A stretch of DNA of 64,000 nt from the human T2T-CHM13v2.0 reference genome, Homo sapiens: NCBI RefSeq assembly GCF_009914755.1, contig NC_060929.1. The stretch is one strand, 5' to 3'. The notes below the pieces were generated by a model, which had not been told where the DNA came from, made no database searches, and saw only the letters and a program-made list of their open reading frames with translations. The position numbers were made by a program, and so were the translations under genes. Below are positions 53,641-64,000 of this stretch, piece by piece (the first letter of the stretch is position 1; each line of letters begins with the position of its first letter).

Positions 53641-53699
53641 AGTGTTGCACAGGGGACATAACATCTCACTCACCCTTTACCATATCCTAATAAGAAACA

Positions 53700-54190
53700 C
53701 ATTACTAATATCTGCAGTTTATGCTTAGGAAAACTTAAATCCAGAAGGTCAAGGAATTTTTACAAGAACACACAGGTAATAAGTGACAGCACCAATATTG
53801 AAATCTAGGTCTTCTCAATCTAAACCTTTTTTTTTCCTTTTTTAAAGAAAAAACTATATGAAGTTTCTCACAGGAAAGTGAGAGGGTTGGTGGGGGTCGG
53901 AAATAAAAGCACAAGAAATGGGAGAAAAACAAGACTAGGGAACAAATGTAACTATATTTACTGAGCACTGGCTATGCCCCAGGCACTGGTTTAAGCTTTT
54001 TATATTCAGCATCCCATAGATCTTCTCAACTCTATGAACCAGGTACTGGTATCCCTGTTTAGAGAGGAGGAAGCAGACCCTTAGAAGACTCAGTAAGTCA
54101 ACAGGGTCACTCAGGCAGAAAGCAGTAGACTCAGAACTGGAACCTATGTAGATTCTAGAATTCATACTCCTAACAATTAAATTATAGAGA
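53700..54190 (-). mobile_element. Two MIR fragments (53700-53820, 53950-54190)
   Basis: tatttactgagcac...tctcaactctatga...agagaggaggaagcagac...agggtcactcag. Confidence 0.6.
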
Positions 54191-56101
54191 ATGTGGATGG
54201 GAAAAAAGAAAAAAAAAAGTCTGAGTGTCTGGCAAAATTGTCCCAAACTCTCAGGTATCCTAAATGCTTTTTCTTAATATAGTAAGATCACTCTTTTCTT
54301 TCTGTTTCCGTTCTGTTCACTTTGCTATTTATGTGTTATAACATCGAAGGTGATGATGGTGGCAGAAAGAAGGACATAAATGCAACTTGGGCCATTTTTT
54401 TATTTTGGGAAAAACTGTGCATATCCGAAAGGAATATTCAAATCTGAATTCACCATATTCCCTCTTAAATGTACTCCTCTTTATATATGCTCCCTCAATT
54501 AATGGCACAATCTACATTTTATTCTTACCAAAAACCTGGGACTTTCTCATATTATTATATTGCTATTATTATTTACTAGATTCCTCTGAATGATTCTTTA
54601 AAATCACTTTCTATTATTCTGAAAGCACTGCAGCCCTTTTTAGAATATGTGTTGTGCTTCTTTGAAATTGTTTAGTTATATATGTCTATTATCAGGCACT
54701 GTGTCTTTTGCAGCTACTTTTCAGTCCCCAGTATGATGCCTGGTACATAGTAGTGCTTCAATAAGTGGTTTTTGAATGACCAAATGGAAATTGGGCCTCT
54801 GTAACTTCTCTGTGTAATAGAAAGCATCTGACTTGCAGTGAGCATATTGAGAAATGGATGTCTCAGATTTTCCAGCCTTTCTCTCCTAGCAAAGGCCAGA
54901 TAAGGCTGTGATAGTCTGACTTCCTTTTTGTTGCTTTTGATGTCTCACCTGATGTAAGCCCTGCTGCTTTTTAAAATGTCAGACTGACTTGGAGTCAACT
55001 CTTTGATTTGCTGTTTCGTGGGGTTTGCAGATCCTGAGTTAGGTGCATTTTGATTCTCTCTGTTTTTATTTCCATGAACTCTTCCAGAGGACATGGGTCA
55101 GGAAGACTTCAAGGTTAACTGATGACTAACTGGCATTTTCAACCAACAAGACTATGTTTTTAAACTTGCAAATACATTGGACAGCTAGTCAAATGTTTTG
55201 GCACTTGTCCCTATTATTAGTAATGACTTAAAACCAGAGGTGTTGGCGAAGAATTCTTGAATTGAAGGTACCAAAGTAGAGTTTCTTTAAGGTCAATGAA
55301 CGTAAAGGAAAAGGCTTTTGCTTCCAATGGAGGTGTGCACAGCTTGCACTGAAGAAAGAAGCATGTGAGGCTACACTCTCCAGGCTTTTAATGCTACTTA
55401 AAATGTCTTTTCTGCCACAGAGGTAGATGCATTCCAAATCTCTCTCTGTTTCTCTCTCTTTCCTACAATGATAATTTTCACTGGTGCTCAACTTATCTTT
55501 CTGCCAGCCATCTTGCTGAGAAAAGAGCCCAGCCCCTCAGCACCGCCTGGGCACTGTAGCTTTTGTTTCTAGTGGATTGTTTTCTCTGATGGCAACCTCT
55601 TGTCTTGAACTGACATTCTGCCCTGCTCACTGCTCCCAGTGTCCTCTGTTATATCAACATCTGCAGCAGCTGCTGCTTCTTTGGCTGAAAAGTCTCAATG
55701 TTTGCCTTTAAAATGTCATTCCTTCACCTCTCTCAGTACTCAGACTTACTCATCAGTTTGTTTCCAGTTGTCCTCAAATGTGTTCAGAATAAATGATGCA
55801 CAAAGGACAGTTTAAACATAGCAAAGCAGCTGTAGGCAAGGCATCTCCAGCTCACCGGGCTATTCTTTCATAATAAAATGTGTCACATTGTCATTCGAAT
55901 GTGTCTCTGGCACAGAAGACACTGGCTGTGTATCAGCTGTGGCAATAACAACATGTTTAGTGGTTGCCAAGCCAAGAGGGAAAAAAGATTAAATGAAGAA
56001 GGTGTAGAAAGATCAGTTAATGTGAGTTGCCTTCCTTTGCTTTTTCCTAAATTTAACTTTCAAAAATGTTGTTTATAACTGACACATGATAATTTATTCA
56101 T

Positions 56102-56332
56102 CTTATTTTATTATTTTATTTTATTTTTATTTTACTTTAAGTTCTGGGATATATGTGCAGAATGTGCAGGTTTGTTCCAGAGATATACTTGTGCCATGGT
56201 GGTTTGCTGCACCTATCAACCTATCACCTGGGTTTTAAGCCCTGCATGCATTAGGTATTTGTCCTAATGCTCTCCCTCCCCTTGTCTCCCACTCGCTGAC
56301 TGGCCTTGGTGTGTAATGTTCCCCTCCCTGTG
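56102..56332 (-). mobile_element. L1PA8/10-type 3' terminal 230 bp nested in L1MA
   Basis: actttaagttctgggata...ttttaagccctgcatgcattaggtatttgtcctaatgc; flanks both contain tgataattt. Confidence 0.88.
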
Positions 56333-57161
56333 ATAATTTTACATGTTTACATTTTTTACATGATAATTTTACATGTTTATGGGGTACAATGTGATGTTTT
56401 AATACCCCTGTATATTGTATAATGATTGAGTTTGGGTAGATAGCATAGCCATCACTTCAAACATTTATAATTTCTTTGTAGTGATGACATTCAAGATCCT
56501 CTTTGTTAGCTGCCTTGAAAAATATAATAGATTTTTATTAACTATAGTCACCCTACTATGTAATAGAACACTGGAATATATTCTTCCTACCTAACTGTAA
56601 CTTTGTACTTAATCACTCTTTCCTCCACCCCTCCTAAGCCTCTGGTAATCACTCTTCTATAATCTCTACTTGCATGAGATCAACTTTTTAAGATTCCGTT
56701 TATTAGTGAGATCATGTGGTATTTGTTTTTCTGGCTTATTTCACTTAACATAATGTCCTCCAGGTTCATCCATGTTGCCACAGATGGAAGGATTTCATTC
56801 TTTTTAATGGTTAAACAGTATTCCATTGTGCATATAGACCACATTTGCTTTATCCTTTCTTCTGCTGAAGAATATTTGGTTCCATCTCTTGGCTATTGTG
56901 AGTAGTGCTGCAATAAACACGGGGGTACAGATCTCTCTTTGACATGCTGATTTCATTTCCTTTGCATATATACCCAGAAATGGGATTGCTACATCATATG
57001 GTAGTTCTATTTTTAATGTTTTCAGGAAGCCCTATTCTGTTTTCCATAATAGCTATACTAATTTACACTAACACAAAAATGTATAAGAGTTCTCCTTTCT
57101 CTGTACCCTTGCCAGCATTTTTTTTTTTTTTGTCTTATTGTAGTAGCCCTTCTAACTTTGA

Positions 57162-57242
57162 GAACTTGGAGTTTGATGTTCAAGGATAGGAAGCATCCAG
57201 CACAGGAGAAAGACAGGCTGAGAGGCTAGGCCAGTCTCTCTT
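57162..57242 (-). repeat. 81-bp MLT2A1 internal piece embedded in L1MA (duplicate of 52508-52590)
   Basis: gaacttggagtttgatgttcaaggataggaagcatccagcacaggagaaag...ccagtctctctt. Confidence 0.93.
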
Positions 57243-58499
57243 CTCATGTAGTAAGATGATATTACTATCTCACTGTGGTTTTGATTTGCATTTGCCTGAT
57301 GATTAATGATGCTGAGCATTTTTATGTGTGCTGGCCTTTTTATTCTTCTGAGAAATTTCTATTCAGATCATTTGCCCATTTTTAGATTAGTTGTTTCAGT
57401 TCCTTATATATTTTGGATATTAACCCCTAATTAGATGTATGACTTCGAAGTATTTTTTCCCATTCTGTAGGTTGTCTTTTCACTCTGTTGATTACTATTT
57501 TTGCTGTGCAGAAGCTTTTTAGTTTGATGTAATCCCATTTGTCTATGTTTGCTTTTGTTGCCTGTGCTTTTGAAGTTGTATCCAAGAAATCCTTTTCCAG
57601 TCCCATATCACAAAGTGTTTCCTCTGTGTTTTCTTCCAGTAGCTTCTAGCAGTTGTAGTTTCAGTTCTTTCTCACTGTCCTCATTATCAAGTTGGCCTTA
57701 ACCATGGCAAAAAGCTAGTAATTTATCTCTTGCCTGCCAATACTTTGACCATTTCTCTCCATGGCATCTTTGCACCTTAACCACATTGAAGGCTTGCTTA
57801 GACTTCTCAAGTTCAGTGTTTTACCATCTTGGAAATTAGAATATGGTAAGACCAATGGAAACTTTTTTTGTGAAATATCAATTACCATACATATATGAGG
57901 TATTATCATGCAGTAAGCATGCTGAAACCTCACTCAGAATTCAAACATGGTCTCTTCTTCGGGCATAAGAACAACGTAGCTCAATTTATATTTTTTAAAG
58001 CATTAAGTTAACTTATTAAAGTGACATTGCTACCTCACTGCCACTAGGGCATGATTTTGATTATTTTTCTAGTGGCTAATTGATGAGTAAAATAGATACA
58101 TTTCCACTGTGTGGTCTGCCTCTTCCATGATCTATTTGCCTCATGGTTAGCTAGGGTTAAGGGTTCAGTCTGTGGCCAAGAGTAGGGTGAAGCCATATGA
58201 CCCATTTAGGTTTTAAATCTATCACTTCAACGTCATAAAAAATAACTAACCACAAACACAGGCATTAGAAAGTAAAATTCCCATCCTGGCATGTTCAGTC
58301 TTAACTTTTGAGATCAAAGGAGTTGCAAAATAATTATATTTTTACGCCTGTATCACTCCACAAAAGTCGTCTCGTGCTCTTTGTTAATATGCTTCAAATA
58401 AGAAAACATCAGCCTGCCTTTTATTGCTATAGAGCAAACATTGTGTACTTCTTTCTATGTACTAAAAGCTTTACTTAAATGCCCTGTGTTAAATTGGTT

Positions 58500-58645
58500 A
58501 TTCCCTACAAAGCTCTACGAAATAGCTATTATTCCAGTATTACAGATGGATAAACTGAGGCATATAGAGATTAAATAACATGATAAGTGGTAGAACTGGT
58601 ATTTAAGCTGAAGCTGTAGCTGCAAAGACTATGACCACTATGCAA
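58500..58645 (-). mobile_element. MIR
   Basis: ttacagatggataaactgaggcatatagagattaaataac. Confidence 0.75.
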
Positions 58646-59046
58646 TCCTGCTCTCTACCCCCAGTGATCTTGAGCTACTGCCATCTGCAACAAGCACAGA
58701 CTTGCTTTCTCCTTTTATTTTTCCTTTTTTGTCATGATTCTATGTATTCATGGTCCAATTCAAATGTCAGCTCTCTCAATCACTTTGCCTGGCACCTTCA
58801 CCCAAATAGTAATTATAATAGTTTATCAGTATTCCCATAGTACTTTATTCTTTCTTTTATCTTGACACCATATACTAATGCAGATATTCATCTATGTCTC
58901 TTTCTTTCCTAGCAGGCTGGGAACAACAGAGTTGTTACATCTTATATTTCCAGAATCTATATAACATCTGGCCTATAGTAAGAACTCAATAATGATTTAT
59001 TACATTAAATTGAAATAAAATAGTTGATACTGGGCCTTAGTATGAA

Positions 59047-59097
59047 TCTGAAACATAACTGAAACATATCTGAAACATAATTGTAACATATCTGAAA
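59047..59097 (+). repeat. Short tandem array of ~10-11 bp units (ctgaaacata-)
   Basis: tctgaaacataactgaaacatatctgaaacataattgtaacatatctgaaa. Confidence 0.8.
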
Positions 59098-59569
59098 ACT
59101 TCATTAAATGTTCTTTCATTTTACTTTGCCAAATGCCAGTCTGGTTACAAGCTGACACAGTTATACCATAGAGTTTAAAGTTGAAAGCAAAATGATTTTG
59201 TGTCTTCCTTGATTATGGCTTCCTCAGTGCACTGTTATGAAAAAAGTCGATTGTATGTTTCCTGCTAGCCTTTTTCCTTCAGTGTAGCTCCCTATGTGCA
59301 TGGAGTGGGTCACATATGTTTTCTCCATGTTGCTGGTATGCTTTGGACATGGACATCACCATGAGTAGTATCTGTCTCTCTAACTATCCATCATCATGTC
59401 ACATTAGACTTTAGTAAGTCCTCGTAAAGGCATAGAAAAGAAAAAAAAAAGCAATCCCATCTCCTTGAAGAGAAGATTTCATTTATGCTTGAAGATGTAA
59501 TTGACAGTTACCCTATATTGGTCAATGATGGGCATTCAACTTCCTCTCTTTTAATCATTTTCCACAACC

Positions 59570-60820
<1,251 letters not shown>

Positions 60821-61977
60821 AAATTTAATTTAGTTCTAGACCTAACATATGGGCTCTTAATAGCATCTTTGCTTAAGTGTTGGAAAATTTGAGTTGCTCA
60901 ATTTCAACAACTACTAGTAACCTTTCAGGAAAATTGTTGCAAATACTTAGTTCTTTAGATTTTGAAGAATGTTACTGATATAGGAATAAAACAAAAGATT
61001 TACAGACAGAGCAATGGAGAGAGTAATTGGAAAAGAGAAAGATGGAGTTCTTATTGTTTTCAACAATTTAAAGTGTGAATACTGTGTTGAACCACTTTGC
61101 ATATAAAGATCCACTGAAACCTTGTTAATATGACTGATAAAAATGATAGGAATAGATATTTAGATCTTTTTAAGCCTCAGTTAGTAGCCAGTAGATTTGA
61201 GGTAATGCCTTAGACTTTACACTTTGCCAAGGTTTGCCAAATTTGCAATCCTTTTGGAAAATGTTATCTGAGCCTGGCTGGGTACCTGGGAAAGATTTAT
61301 GGAAGGAGATAAACGTTACAAATAGGAGGAGGAATTCATTGCATTCTTTGTGGGTTGCAGTTGAAGCATACTGGAAGTTACAAGCCTCTGTGTCTTTCAC
61401 TTTGGATACTTGGCTGCATTTAAACTCCATAAGCAAAAATTTGTATAAAAGTAGCATCAGCTGATAAAGCCTAGACTCACATAGCTCAAACATTTAGTTT
61501 GAATGACTCAATTGCACTCTTACTCGGTGAATTTCTAAAGGAAACTATTTAATATGCTTAGTATATCATAATACTTCCCATGTCATCTATTTTAAAACAC
61601 AGCTCATATATAAGTTGACAGCATCCCACAGCTCTGACCCCAGTGGTGGTGCTGACAATAACTGGGCAATTCACTGAAAACCACAAGATACAGTTTGCAC
61701 TGTGGATTTGATAATGGGTTGTATGTAGCCTTTCACTATTGGAGAAACAAAGTTACATAATTTTGGAGAAGTAAGAGACTTTACATGGCATCTGCTCAGA
61801 CTCTTGCTCTTTACAATTACCAGAAACTAGTCCCCAAGCAGGAACGTGGCAAGCCATTTTCATCAACAAATGAGCTGGCCGTAGAGCTGAAACTGGAATA
61901 TGGTCTTCTGATTGCTAGTCGAGAGATCTTTTATTTTGGTGGGGTTGGGGAGCATACTTTATTGTAAGTTTCACCAG

Positions 61978-62520
61978 TGTGGGACGCATAATTTTGGCCC
62001 CCATGACCTTCAGCTCTTGATGTTATATCTATAAATATGGTTTCTCACATGCTGAATGGGACTTTCCAGATGTAAGTAAGGTTACTAATCAGCTGACATT
62101 AGCGTAGAGAAATTATCCTGGATTATCTGGTTGCAACCAATGTAATCACATAAACTCTTAAAAGGAGACAAGAGAACAGCAAGATAGGAAGTAGAAGAAG
62201 GATCAGACATGCCACTGATAGCTTAGAAATGGAGAGTTCAGGAGCCAAGGAATGTGGGCAGCCATGAGAAGCTTCAACTAACAGCCAACAAGGAAATGAA
62301 AACCTTAGTCCCGCAGCCATGTGGAACTAAACCTGCCAACAACTTGAATGAGCCTTGAAGTGGATCTTTCCTAGAGCCTCCATAAGAGAATGTAGTCTCA
62401 ATAATACCTTGATTTCAATTTCAGAATTCAGCTGAATCATGAAAGAAACCATGGGTGTTGTTTTAAGCCACTAAGTTTTTGGTATTTATTTTTTTACAGC
62501 AGCAATAGAAAAAGGAAGTA
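61978..62520 (+). mobile_element. MLT1E/D-type solo LTR
   Basis: ggttactaatcagctgac...attatcctggattatctgg...aatgtaatcac...ttttaagccactaagtt...acagcagcaatagaaaa. Confidence 0.8.
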
Positions 62521-63221
62521 ACCAATTTGTTAAAATGCTTCTCCCATCTTTTCTTAACCTTTGACAAGTATCCTTACAAGAGTGGCAACATTTCCTTCCC
62601 TACATAGGGAAATGTTTATGAAAATATCAAATTGCATATAACCTTCACTCGTGCACTAACAGGGCTTCACCCATCTGGGGAAAGTGTCCTTCAGATCTTT
62701 CTGGAGGTCTCCAGTGGGATGGATTACTTATGTCCTCTCACCAGTTGCCCCTTTCTCTCCTTCTCTGGCCCCTCTTGCCCATTTCCAGTGCTTCGTCAAT
62801 GTCCCAGTACATCATGAGGTGACTGACATGCACGATAAGGGAGATGCTGCAGGATGCTCCCCAAGCTTTGAATTCCAAGGAGCAGGAGCTTGGTTGGTTC
62901 TGCACAGAGGCAGGGAGAACAGCCTTTCCTGTCTCAGAGCCACTCATAGTCACTGGGCTCCAAAGCGGCTCTCCTGGTGCCTGGGGGCCTCATGAGGTCT
63001 TTTCTGTTTTCTGTGAAGAACCTCACGAGATTCCTTCATTGCCTTCCACTTTGTAGCATCTCCTTCTAGAAGGAGAATGAAAACCACTTTATAAGACATG
63101 ATATAGGAATACTGCCCTCCTCTTTCCCTTGGCTCCTCACCCACTGAAACATCTCTTCTCTCAGTTGTAAAACAAAAACTCTCAACTACTCTAATGAATA
63201 CAAGCCAGAGAGTAGGCATGA

Positions 63222-63249
63222 GTGTATGTGTGTTTGTGTGTGTGTGTGT
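63222..63249 (+). repeat. (TG)n imperfect
   Basis: Directly visible. Confidence 0.8.
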
Positions 63250-63372
63250 AATTACTAGTGCTAATCAGCAGAAATGTTCCCTATACATCTATGAATATGA
63301 GTCATTGCCACCTGATTAAAATAAATCAGACAACCTTTACAGTGTCTCCCAATATATATTGATAATAGGCAT

Positions 63373-63862
63373 TGTAGTCGACTGAGGGGTGTTCCTCAAA
63401 AAGATATGTCCACCTGCCAATCACCAGAACCAGTGAACATTGCTTTATAAGGCAAAAAGATGAAATTAAGTTAAAGATTTTGAGAGGAGGAGTTTGTCCT
63501 GGATTATTTGATGGGCCCCAGATCCAATGACAAGTGTTCTTCTAAGAGTGAGGCAGAGTGGGGATTTTGACAGACACACCAGGAGGAAGACAGACAGAAG
63601 AGGAGGCAACATGGCCTTGGAGGCAGAGATTGAAGTGATCCACCCTCAAGCCAAAAAAAAAAAAAAAAAATGCCTGTAGACAGCAGACACTGGAAGACAG
63701 AAGTACATGATTCTCCCCAGGTGTCTCTGACTGGAGGGAGTGTAGTCCTCCTGAGTCCTTGATTTCAGACTCCTGGCCTCCAGTATGATGAGAAAATAAA
63801 TTTCTCTTGTCTTAAGCCAAGGTTACAGTAATTTGTTATGGCAGCTGCAGAATACCAATATA
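63373..63862 (+). mobile_element. MLT1C-type solo LTR
   Basis: caaaaagatatgtcca...atccaatgacaagtgt...gatttcagactcctggcctccag...taatttgttatggcagc. Confidence 0.8.
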
Positions 63863-64000
63863 GACAACACACTGTTAGCTTTTAAAATTGTGTAAAACAC
63901 ACAAAACTCCATCTGTTCTAGACACTTGTTTGTAAACAGAGGAACTTTACTACACGCAAATTAGTGTTAATACTATCAGAAGTTGAACTTAGAATATTAG

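Larger units (their letters stand above)
56070..57665 (-). mobile_element. L1MA (MA4-6-type) 3' region
   Basis: gacacatgataattt...ggggtacaatgtgatg...ttaactatagtcaccctact...gtgcagaagctttttagtttgatgtaatccc. Confidence 0.88.

Overview
AT-rich, CpG-depleted primate (human-like) genomic DNA, either intergenic or deep intronic. I recognise no protein-coding gene, RNA gene or CpG island. The listed ORFs are L1/Alu/THE1 remnants, low-complexity sequence or chance. Roughly half of the window is interspersed repeats: Alu J/S/Y, L1PA/PB/MA/ME, L2, MIR, a two-LTR THE1 MaLR provirus, MLT1, MLT2A1 and LTR33-like LTRs, and MER/MADE1 DNA transposon relics. Subfamily names come from my recall of consensus sequences and need RepeatMasker/Dfam confirmation. 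I see no evidence of a novel multi-gene system. The most notable unexplained structure is three independent 80-170 bp dispersed direct duplications, with copies 1-5 kb apart and two of them clearly inserted into old L1s. They look like locally templated insertions of different ages. Also present: a pair of oppositely oriented MADE1 hairpins, several short tandem duplications, a candidate 96-bp exon and several repeat-free, motif-rich blocks that may be enhancers.
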